Below the pieces are notes generated by a model. It was not told the DNA's origin, did no database searches, and saw only the letters and a program-made list of their open reading frames with translations. Shown here one piece after another: positions 43,833-54,904 of a DNA stretch of 64,000 nucleotides; position 1 is the first letter of the stretch; the number at the start of each line of letters is the position of its first letter. Made by a program: the position numbers and the translations under genes. The DNA comes from Macrostomum lignano (taxonomy: Eukaryota): positions 1 through 64,000 of the forward strand of contig NIVC01001072.1 in assembly GCA_002269645.1 (NCBI GenBank), in the 5' to 3' direction.

Positions 43833-44828
43833 CAGGGGTTGGCAAACTGCAGCCTGTGAGCCAGATCTGGCCTGCAACATCTTCAAGTCCAGCCTAAAGC
43901 ACGCTTACTATCTAACAATGTAAAAGTGGCCCGGAAACCAATTTTGTGTTGAAATATTCAACTTTAAAAGCAAAATTAGCTTTCACTCCATCATTCCTAT
44001 GTCAATTTTAAGTGTGGGGTTATTGGTTGTATTTAGTCTATCATCTATAAAAATTGTTGGCTATCCTATAGAATTGTTCCTTGAATTATTTTTTTGCTTG
44101 AATTTATTTCCTTTCTATTTTTAGAGTCCAAAAATATTAAACAAGTAAAAAAATTTCTAGTTGAACATGTTCTGGCAGCTAAATTGCTTAGGCTATTATA
44201 GTCAATTCTTACAACACAAGGGTACTACTTTAATGTTGGGTAATAGTGTGACTAGGTAATTTTATCTATGCATCTCTCCACATTTGAGTTTGTATGCTGA
44301 TTTTAGGAAATCTAAAAAATATTACTTATCAGTTTTGTATATGCAAAGAATGAAAATATATCTATGGTCAAAAAACTATGACAATGGGGACCTTAAAGGG
44401 AGATGCGCTTGAGATTGAAAAATTAGCTGCCAAGCTGCCAATACTAGGATTCAGGTCAAAAGCCATTGCTTAACTTTCTGATTTTGGACTACTACTCTCT
44501 GGATAGCTGGACAACTAGTGGCCTCAGGTTGGATTGTGCCATTGTTTAACTTCCAAGTAGTACCCTCATGTCGTGATTTGGCAGTTGACTATAACAAACA
44601 ATTTAGCTGCCAGTACATGTTAAACTGTTAATTTGTTCACTTGTTTCATATTTTTGGACTCTGAAAATAGAAAGGAATCAAACTCAAGTGAAAAAATAAT
44701 TTTAACAAACAATTCTATAGGATACCAAATGGTCATTTAGCCTCAATTTGTTGTGCATTTTTTCTGGCCTGCCCCCTTCAGCCAGTTTTCCAATCTGGCC
44801 CACATTGAAAAAAGTTTGCTGATTCCTG
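43833..44828. mobile_element. CpG-decayed hAT (Charlie-like) non-autonomous element
   Basis: Termini CAGGGGTTGGCAAACT...AGTTTGCTGATTCCTG; 8-bp flanks CTCTATGG / CCCTATGA (6 of 8 match); internal inverted segments at ~44060-44160 and ~44630-44725. Confidence 0.7.
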
Positions 44829-45727
44829 CCCTATGATAATAAATTGGCATAAACACTAAAAGATTTAAGTTTTTGTATTATAAATAATTTGTTTCAAATC
44901 TATTGATTATGATATAGCATATCTATGATATATGATATAGCATATCTATGATATAGCTTATCTATGTTAAATGCAATATTGGGTACCTTGATCTATTGAT
45001 AAGCATCAGTCTATCTATAAAGAAAAAATTATTAATAAGTGTTTATTTTTTACTTGTGTTAGGCCTAATAGACTGCTTGCCATTAAGATTTTTTGCATTA
45101 TTAAATTAATATTTTTCTATAAAAATTTTGTAAGTAAATGACAAATGCATTATTAATATTAATGACAATAGCAATAAGACTAAAAATGCAAAAAAAAGTT
45201 TTACAAAAAGTTACAATTGATACTTTAAATTTTGTAACCTTCCTAAATCCTAGATACTTAATTAATCTCTTTGTTTATGATAGTGGCATAATTAGAAATT
45301 TGTTGAAAAGAAATTCTAGAAGGTAAAAACCCAATTGAGGGACAGAAGGGGATATCTTTATGTTTTGGCAATCTCATAATCTCATATACTTGGCCTCCTT
45401 TATTTTTTAGGTTATTGCTTTCCTAAAAGAAAAGAGAGAGAAGCAATTGTCCCTTTGTCTCTGCTCCCTGGTTAATATTCTTATATCAATTAAGCTATTT
45501 TCCTAGATACCTAAGGAATTTGGCTTATTTATATATTTATTTCATATTTTGCATAAAAAGTTGATAATATTTCAATATCATTATCCATCTATATTTATGG
45601 CAAAAGAAATCATTATTTTGTCTTAATATTATAACTATTAACTAGGCCTCTTGCTCCTTTAACAAGGTTTTTAAATTTGTACCATTTGAAGGGAGTTGTA
45701 ACCTAGTTGTTACTAGTTAGAGTATTA

Positions 45728-46003
45728 GGGCCTTTTCATATTGCTTGTTCTGGTTCTAGAACCAGAACCAATTTGTGAAGTATAACATTTCGTCTCCAAA
45801 ACTAGAGGGAGATACGTGCTATAAAGTTTTTATAAAGGGATTTTTTATAAAGGGAGATTCGTCTCCAACAAAAGAGTGAAAAATTGTGCTAAGTGAGGGT
45901 GTTAAGGCAGTCAAACATTTAACAGAATTAAATAGTATAATGCTGTTTTTCTTGGAAGATCTGAACCGATTCTGATTCTGGAATTGGTAATTTGAAAAGC
46001 CTC
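45728..46003. mobile_element. PIF/Harbinger-like MITE, copy 2
   Basis: Homologous to 42580-42838; TSD TTA on both sides. Confidence 0.8.
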
Positions 46004-46834
46004 TTAGACTTATGTCTTAAATATCTAAGATTTAATTCATAATCCACATGGAACAATTTGTATCCCTGAGCAAGATACTTAACTTTATATTGCTTCAGTT
46101 TATCTAGATATAAAATGAGTAAGCTAGGATAATTGAGTGTATGTGGTGACCCTATAATCCTTGGGCTAAATAGCCATATGCAGTCTTCAGGTGCATTGCA
46201 TAAAAGCTGCAGCTAAACTATTGGTCACATGTCTGCCCATTAGGGTAGCTATAAATAGTTATTATTATTATCACTATTGAGGTTTCTAACCTATTTTTGC
46301 CTGGCTATTATCACTTTTAATGATATGTGTACCCTTTGAATTAGATAAAAATAGAAAAAAATTATCTAGATATGAATTCTAACTTGATATTTTATTGCTA
46401 GGCAAAGCTCTTGGTTGAAAATATTCTGGTCAATAAAAAAAACTTTTGTTAGATAAATTTATTGATACCCATGTTTCTTATTGCTTCATTCTAATAGGGG
46501 TTAGAAAGTATATGCATGTGAATGCATAATCTTTAAAAAAGTTTTTCTTTTGGGGCTTTTTTAATTATGTAATTAATGAATGAAATATTTTCCCAATAAT
46601 TTTATGCCACCGTCTTGGCCAGATCAGCAGTTCAGCCAATCAGATTAGTTGCTATCAGAAGTACATGTACACAGACAGGCCTGATAGGTTGAGTTCTAAT
46701 TAATCCACTGAAGTGTGAACAGAGGCCAGTTGAAACAGTATTTTTCCATATCTAACTAGCTACTGCATTGCGCCCCTTCCCAATTGTCTTTCTAAACAAT
46801 AATTTCTCCAAATCGATAATTTTTCCCCTGCCAA

Positions 46835-48497
46835 ATGGGCAGCTGCCTGTCACTCAAAGCTGCCGCCAATCCCGACATGATGCCAAAGTCGCAGCAGCAG
46901 TCGGGCAAGCGCAAGCGTAGGCCGCCATTGCCAGTGCCAAACTCTGCTTTAGCATCGGATGGATCGGCAAAGACCAGTCGCCTGCAGGCTGGCGAAGCCT
47001 ATATTGTTGGCGGTGACGATCGGTCAGCTTCGTCTTCGCTTGTAGCAGCAACTACGGAATTCGATCGATTCTTTGCTAGCTATGCTTTCGAGGCAAGTAG
47101 TTGGGTAAACAGCCGGAGTACTTTCTCTTTCCTAATGAAAATGCCTCGTCACCTAATTAACAGCATTGGTAGACGGCTAGAGTAACTATACCTCTTTTTA
47201 GTTGCTAAAATGCCTCGCCACCTAAATAGTTTTAGTTTATTAATAACTGTATAATAATATCCATCCAATAATTTCTACAGGTCGACCCAACCGACGATAA
47301 TGGCGCCAGCGCTGGCGCATCGACGCCGCATTTAAAAATTGGCGCCGGCGGCGTGGCGCATCTCTGCCGAGACCTCGGCCTCGATCCGGTCGATATTCGC
47401 GTTCTACTGCTAGCCTGGCTGTGCCGGGCCCGCGAAATGTGCGCCTTCACTGAGGCCGAGTTGAGACGCGGTTGCGCCGCTCTGCGGCAGGCAGAGGCGC
47501 CAACCGCTGATGGGCTGCGCGCAGCGCTTGACGCCCGGCTGGACGCCATGACAGGTGGCCGCGCTGGCGGCCGGGTGTCCGGCGATACGTTGGATGTCAA
47601 GGACAGTGAGTGAATTGGATTGATGCTTGTTGCTATGGTTGCCGGGTGAAGCCATGTTATGTTGCTATTGTTACCGTGTGTAATATGCGGCACATCAAAG
47701 CCAGTGGATTAAAGCGGCACACCAAAGTCAGGGGATGAAAGCGGCACATCAAAGCCAGTGGATTAAAGCGGCACATCAAAGCCAGTAGATGAAAGCGGCA
47801 CATCAAAGCCAGTAGATAAAAGCGGCACACCAAAGCCAGTAGATGAAAGCGGCACATCAAAGCCAGTAGATAAAAGCCTCACATCAAAGCAAATTTATAA
47901 AAGCGGCACACCAAAGCCAGTAGATAAAAGCGGCACACCAAAGCCAGTAGATAAAAGCCTCACATCAAAGCAAATTTATAAAAGCGGCATATCAAAGCCA
48001 TTAGATTAAAGCGGCGCGGCACATCAAAGCAAATTTAAAGTGGCACATCCAAGCAAATTGATTAAAGCGGCACATCAAAGCCAATATATTAGAATCCCAC
48101 AAACAAAGGTTCATAGCACTGAGCTCATCAAGTCTTTCTTTCACCTTCAGTAGACGTCGCCTTCAAGGATCTCTACCGTTGGGCCTTCGACTTTGGCTTG
48201 GAGAGCGGCCAACGCACCCTTCAGCTGCCCATGGCCACGGACCTGTGGGCGCTTGTATTCGAGGCCCGACCGTCGGGCGTACCGCCTCTCTTAGGCGCCT
48301 GGCTAACCTGGCTGCAATCTGGTGCCTCGGGCGTCAAAGGCGTCAGCAGAGACACCTGGAACATGTTTTTGACCTTTATTGACACCTGCGGAAGCGACTT
48401 ATCAGCTTACGATCATAACGAGGCTTGGCCATCTTTAATTGACGATTTTGTTGAAGCCGAAACTGATCGTGCCAATCAGAATTTGCTTAATTGCTAA
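46835..48497 (+). CDS. DCUN1D3: DCN1-like protein 3 (cullin neddylation co-E3), 3 exons, ~309 aa
   Basis: Exons 46835-47092 (or -47104), 47281-47605 and 48151-48497. N-terminal MGSC lipidation motif; LCRDLGLDPVDIRVLLLAW; FKDLYRWAFDFGL; GVSRDTWNMFL; EAWPSLIDDFVE. Confidence 0.9.
47686..48085. repeat. 27-bp minisatellite (DCUN1D3 intron 2)
   Basis: Unit AAAGCGGCACATCAAAGCCAGTAGATG. Confidence 0.9.
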
Positions 48498-48744
48498 GTG
48501 AGTTTTGCTATTTGTCAAGTCTATTGTAATGAGTTCGCACTGTTTCAATTTGTGCGCCTGCTGATTTTATTAATCTGTTAGTTAGTTGAGTTTCCAGGCG
48601 GTGGGGTGATGTGAGGCTCCAAAAGTCAGGGCCGCTGAAAGTGAGGACAGATATAGGTTGGGCCATAGACAATGAGCAACTTTCTGACTAGTTTAATTGT
48701 TCAATTATAGGCTTGCTTGTCTTTCAGTCAGAAATGTGTGTGTT

Positions 48745-49090
48745 GTCTATGGCTGTGTGCACCTATTGTCACACAACCGGCGGAGAGGCATTGCTGCCCA
48801 TTCCGCCGACTCCCCTGAGCAGGCACACAAGCGCGCGGATACGTACGCAGTCATACGCACAGGCACACACTCACACAGGAGTGTACAGCAGCCCTAACTT
48901 TATTTATCGCTCGCCATGTACACTTCACTGTGCCTAGGGGCTTGGCCCTCAGGGGCGTTAATTTCACGAGCAGAGCCAAGCTGAGATTCCAATTTAGCCG
49001 CAAAATTAATGCGACTGCACTTGGAATCGAGCCTGGGCCGCTGGCACGTAAAAGCGCCGCGCTTGACCACTGGGCTACGCCCCCCTCCCC
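48745..49090 (-). mobile_element. tRNA-derived SINE, copy 2
   Basis: The reverse complement aligns to 22030-22370; head GGGGCGTAGCCCAGTGGTCAAGCG...GGCTCGATTCC. Confidence 0.8.
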
Positions 49091-49764
49091 TCTAATAGTC
49101 TGCTAACATCTCTTATCTTCTTTTCTCTTCAAATGCATTTTTATAGGCCCACTTTGTCTATGGTAAAATTCTATTTAACGCCATCTTCCTAATTTTCCAT
49201 AGTCTATGGGACTGAACGCCAATCAGTGTTAAGTTCGATGAGGAAGTTTATTTTTTGTCAGCCAGGTTGATATATGAGCCAACCAAGTTGGGAATTGCCA
49301 TTTGGCCAGCAGTAGATTTGGATTTGCCCATAGACATAGAGGTTGCTGCTGGCATCTTTCTTTTAGTGATGATATATCTGTGGCTGAATTGTCAACTTGC
49401 CGGACAATTTCTTGATCAAAAACTAAAATGTTTAGCACTTCTATTCAGATACTGAAATAAAAGCCAACCCTCATTTTTTTCAAATCATGTTTCCGTTTGT
49501 GTATGTTACCCTTTTGTGTACTATTTGCATACATAATATAGTCTAAAATGCTTAGGAGTATTTATGAGAATAAATATATATATTATCGATATGTACGTCT
49601 CATTGTTTTATTGTTTCATCAAAGTCACTGTGTTTTACCGATTGTCTTTTCAAATTTAGTCTTATTAAGATTAAATTAATAAAGTAAACCTATATGTATC
49701 AAAATTAATCTAGTTACAGATTTCCAATCATGGAGTTCTGAAATCAGAAAACCGGATCAGAGGC

Positions 49765-50085
49765 AGACAGGCAGATTCAGGGACTGAGGAAGGAGCGGAG
49801 AGGCAGATTCAGGGGCTGAGGGAGGAGTGGAGAGGCAGATTCAGGGACTGAGGGAGGAGCGGAGAACAAGATTCGGGGACTGAGGGAGGAGCGGAGAGGC
49901 AGATTCAGGGGCTGAGGGAGGAGCGGAGAGGCAGATTCAGGGACTGAGGGAGGAGCGGAGAGGCAGATTCAGGGGCTGAGGGAGGAGCGGAGAGGCAGAT
50001 TCAGGGGCTGAGGGAGGAGTGGAGAGGCAGATTCAGGGACTGAGGGAGGAGTGGAGAGGCAGATTCAGGGACTGAGGTAGGATCC
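49765..50085 (+). repeat. 32-bp purine-rich minisatellite (left array)
   Basis: Unit GAGAGGCAGATTCAGGGGCTGAGGGAGGAGCG. Confidence 0.9.
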
Positions 50086-50659
50086 AGAAGGCAGATTTGA
50101 GAACTGAGCTGTCTAAAATAAAGATTTCAGAACTTCTTGACCCATTTGTCTTTAAGTTTGTGTTTTCTGTTGCGTTAGCAACCAAAGGCAAATAAAAATG
50201 TTTTGCTTGAACTCCTCTTTTACTGTTTGTTTTCGTCGAGTTTCTAAGCTTAGTCCATAAAATCTGTTGCTTTTTATTTGTTTTATAGATTTGTGAAAGC
50301 AAAGTTAAGATACTGTTCTAAGCTTAGTAGCAATACTAATAATTATTTATTTAAACTGATAAAAAACAATAACTCTAGTATAAACAAACTGGCTGTGTTG
50401 TTTCCCGTTACTCTTGTGTTCGTGGATAACGTGTTTTATGACAGAATTTCAACTTTTTTGTCTATTTGTGACCTTTTTTAAATATTACAAATGCTTATGC
50501 ATATATAATTGTACATGGGTGACGCAATGTCTTTACGTGTTATAACTAAGCCACACATACACTATAAGCATTCTGATTTTAAAAAAAAGTGGAAACATAT
50601 GGAAACATAACTGGTTACTGAGCCATGGTGTTTCCGTGCTAGGATTAGCAGGTTATGTT

Positions 50660-50935
50660 AACCCCCCTGAGTACATCAGTGGGATTAGCAGTTCAGAGTA
50701 ATCCCCACTTGAGTGCATCAGTGGGATTAGCAGTTCAGATTAATCTCCACTTGAGTGCATCAGTGGGATTAGCAGTTCAGAGTAATCCCCACTTGAGTGC
50801 ATCAGTGGGATTAGCAGTTCAGAGTAATCCCCACTTGAGTGCATCAGTGGGATTAGCAGTTCAGATTAAGCCCCACTTGAGTGCATCAGTGGGATTAGCA
50901 GTTCAGATTAAGCCCCACTTGAGTGCATCAGTTGG
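50660..50935. repeat. 42-bp minisatellite between the two inverted 32-bp arrays
   Basis: Unit CCCACTTGAGTGCATCAGTGGGATTAGCAGTTCAGAGTAATC, ~6.5 copies. Confidence 0.9.
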
Positions 50936-51469
50936 TTTTGATAGAACTGTCTGATGTTGAAAAGCCAGTTTACTGTGTAGAAAATATCTTCAGAGCTGGT
51001 GTCCAGTCAGCTGAAGTTACTGCTTTTTACTATTTTGCTTATTTTTTATCGGATTTCTATGCTGTCTGGGATTTGGCTCCCACGCCGCCACGCTCTTGCA
51101 GTATTCCTCGCGATCAAAACCACCACACAAATATTTGCTTTGCTATGATGATTCAAATTACCCCTATAGCAGTCTGCTCACTTTGCGGTGTGTTTCTTCT
51201 TTTTTAAAATGCTAATTACTCTTCTTTGCTTTCTCAAATTGTGTGCAGCAGTTTGTGCCCTGTAAAAGTACAACCAATCTCTTCACTAATATTACTGTCG
51301 CGTATTCGACACATCTGCGATGCACACCCACCGGCTCTGCGCGCCACTCATTAATACATTTGTTTAACTTGATACAAACGCATCAGATAGCTGCTCAATG
51401 CCTCAAGCTAAGATTGTCGTCAATTGTGTCATTTGGTTTTCTTTTTTTGCACTTTTATTTGAACCCGTC

Positions 51470-51905
51470 CCTCAGTCCCTGAGTCTGCCTCTCCGCTCCT
51501 CCCTCAGCCCCTGAATCTGCCTCTCCGCTCCTCCCTCAGTCCCTGAATCTGCCTCTCCGCTCCTCCCTCAGTCCCTGAATCTGCCTCTCCGCTCCTCCCT
51601 CAGTCCCTGAATCTGCCTCTCCGCTCCTCCCTCAGCCCCTGAATCTGCCTCTCCGCTCCTCCCTCAGCCCCTGAATCTGCCTCTCCGCTCCTCCCTCAGT
51701 CCCTGAATCTGCCTCTCCGCTCCTCCTTCAGCCCCTGAATCTGCCTCTCCGCTCCTCCGCTCCTCCATCAGCCCCTGAATCTGCATCTCCGCCCCTCCAT
51801 CAGCCCCTGAATCTGCCTCTCCGCTCCTCCCTCAGTCCCTGAATCTGCCTCTCCGCTCCTCTGCTCCTCCCTCAGCCCCTTAATCTGTCTCTCCGCTCCT
51901 CCGTT
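51470..51905 (-). repeat. 32-bp minisatellite, inverted relative to 49765-50085
   Basis: Unit CTCCGCTCCTCCCTCAGCCCCTGAATCTGCCT. Confidence 0.9.
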
Positions 51906-52382
51906 CAGTACCAGATTATTGAATCCAAAGAATATGTTCCTTCTTCAGATTTGGCCTTTGGGCTAGAGCTCTGTCTGTTAATTTTATTTAACTTTAATAA
52001 TGGTATATTTACTGCAATTCATACATCTACTTAGCTATAGCGAAAGCATTACTTACAGTACTAGTAAATAACGTATTACTGTAAATTACGTTCTGCGTCC
52101 GTGCACATCGTCTTTTTTAAAAACTGGCTATGGCAGTGTATGAATTACTCGTTCACATACGGTATATGCTGTTGCAGAGACCATATCAATATATTATCTG
52201 TTAATTTCAGATTATTCGGGGTAAGAACGATATATAGTCACTCTATCGCCTAGGTGATAATACAGCCTAAGATCGCAGGCCGCCAAACTGTAGGTGTTAC
52301 ACCGCGCACAGATTCTGGTTCTGTGATGCCTTGTGATAAAATTCTATGGCACTCGTGCGCTCATGCGTGCCTCAATAGTATA

Positions 52383-52968
52383 CTGTCCGTCAAAAGTTCC
52401 GGAACCCTTGCTACGATGTCTTCTAGCGGACATAATTTCAGTCCGTTTCAATTGTAACTTGATTCAAATGAAAGCTGCGGATCTCAGCTCCATGATGTGG
52501 TCAAGAAAAAGTTTATTCGAAGGAGCGCGTGTGAACAGGCCAGTGTTATGTACATAAAGGTTAGAGAAAAAAGTAAGGAAAAGACAAACAAGCAATTGAC
52601 TCTCCCATGAAAGCTGACTGCACAAGAATCCATAAGAGCCTGTTGATTTCAACACAAGTTTTGGCCATAGACTAATGTTAGCCAGGCTGAACACTGCGCG
52701 CAAACCGATTCCTTCCCATGTGTGTTTGCTCCATAGACTCAGCAACCATAGACAATTGCTTGTTTGTCTTTTCCTCACTTTTTTCTCTAACCTTTATGTA
52801 CATAACACTGGCCTGTTCACACGCGCTCCTTCGAATAAACTTTTTCTTGACCACATCATGGAGCTGAGATCCGCAGCTTTCATTTGAATCAAGTTACAAT
52901 TGAAACGGACTGAAATTATGTCCGCTAGAAGTCATTGTAGCAAGGGTTCCGGAACTTTTGACGGACAG
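52383..52968. mobile_element. Young Tc1/mariner-type MITE with ~215-bp near-perfect TIRs
   Basis: TA|CTGTCCGTCAAAAGTTCCGG...CCGGAACTTTTGACGGACAG|TA; arms at ~52383-52600 and ~52750-52968. Confidence 0.9.
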
Positions 52969-53629
52969 TATATATTTCATAGACAGCTGCGTTTCTTACA
53001 TGCTGCACTGGATGGCCGTCACCCATATAGACAACTCTTTTCGTACAAGCTAACTGTAGGACATGTAACCATAAGAAAGAAAAGGAGCAATCCAAATCCA
53101 AATAGCAAATCGAATTTTAGAATGGAGCCCGCTCAAAAAGATCGCCCGCTAGATTTGCAATTCTATAGCCTTTCCAAACGAAATGCCGAGATGCGGCAAA
53201 TGTCAGAGTCTGTCGCGCTGTCGCAGAATTCTCATGGCAAGAATCTGGTATCAGCCGAATCAAGGAATTAGCAGGTAATCCCAGTTCCTGTGTCTGGAGC
53301 AGATCCCGCAAGTATGCCAATAGCCGCAAGGCAAAAGGGCGCGGTTGTTTCAGCTATCGAGTTAGCGACAATGGTCAGTCAATAAATACATGTACCTCTC
53401 ATGGAAAACCCCGGGGTTTGGGCCACAGACATCAGCTGCTGCGAACGCTTCAGTTGATGGATTCGCACAGTTCTCTGGTTTTCATTAAAATCGATTCCAT
53501 TTCGATATTTTGAACTTGCAAAAAGGGCGCCATCGTCAAGGAATTCTAAATCTAGCAACTGGAATGACAACTGAAATATCAGCTATACAAGATGAGGCCA
53601 AGATTAGAGATCGCAAGCGTGGGACGTAA

Positions 53630-53830
53630 ACACACAGAGTATTCAAAAAGAAGGATTCCGTGAAGTGAAGAGAGCAAATTCTATGCTTCGTTGGCTTGAA
53701 AGTTGCTTCTCGGGAAATGCTCTTTAACCATTTTTCCATCTAGCAGGTCGCCTCGATTCGGAAACTCGTGGAATGAAATCCTTGCTGACCGTGCCTTTGC
53801 CGACTGGGAATAGATTACATAATACAGACA
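53630..53830 (-). pseudogene. Degenerate THAP zinc-finger fragment (probably a transposase remnant)
   Basis: ISFHEFPNRGDLL, then a frameshift to EKWLKSISREATFKPTKHRICSLHF, matching the THAP F..FP...W...R...P...ICS.HF pattern; the N-terminal CxxxC is not clear. Confidence 0.55.
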
Positions 53831-54904
53831 GTTTAGTCTATATAAGAAAGGAACTTTGTTTCAATTTACATATTTACATTCAGTTCACTTTTGAGCAAAT
53901 TCAATTTCAATTCAAACTACACAAAGAACTTCTATGGGACAATCTAATGGAGTGTAGAGTTCATACACTAAGGTAGTTTTTCTCTGATTCCTAGGCTAAA
54001 TTGTCTGGATCGGGTATTCCCAGTCTATGGCAGAAACCGCTTCTGATTGACAAGTTACTTTCAATGAAAATCAGAGAAACCTGAGTTAGGTTAGTTATGG
54101 CCAAACTGTTTGTTTAGTTATCTTCTAGCAAATTGGAACAGACTTGACTTCCACCATAGACATTTCCGAAATCTATGGGTGGTTTGCGAATATTGCAAAC
54201 AGATTTTGCAATATTCAACTCATACATTGAAATATAAAAAAACAAATAAATAACAGTTTTATAACAATTAACTAAAAAACTTCTAACTAACTAAAGAAGA
54301 AACAAAAAAATTAAGAATTTTTTTTTCAATTTTAAAATAACGATTGAATAGGGAATTTAAATATAATCGATTTATTTTGCTTTGCTTGAACTTATTCGTT
54401 AATTATTTTAAATAGCGAGTATATTTGGTTCCGCAACAACTCTACACCCGAATTAGAGGACATATAGGACCGGACAATGCTACTACATAACAGCTACTAT
54501 TAGTACCAAACACCGCGCAAAATATGGGGATTGGATGGGAAAAGGCAACAACCCAAAAACGGACAGGCTTATTAAATAGTTCAGAATTGCTGTAGTGTAA
54601 TGAAATTATTGTATTCATTGTGTAGTAGATTCTAATTAGGGTCATTGGCAATCAAATTTCATAGTTAATACCTGTATCTCACAGTAGACGTATTTTGATC
54701 TGTGCCAGCTTATAAATTCTATGTAGTAACGTAATATAATGGCGGAATAATAAACATACGACCTACTTGCCATAGGCATAATATAATAGATTAAATCATT
54801 AAATAAATTTATTAATTTCGCGACTCCGACAAACAATTTATAGTGGCATAATTAATAGTAAATAATAGTAATAATAATAATTAATCCATCCAGTCCAGCC
54901 CCGG

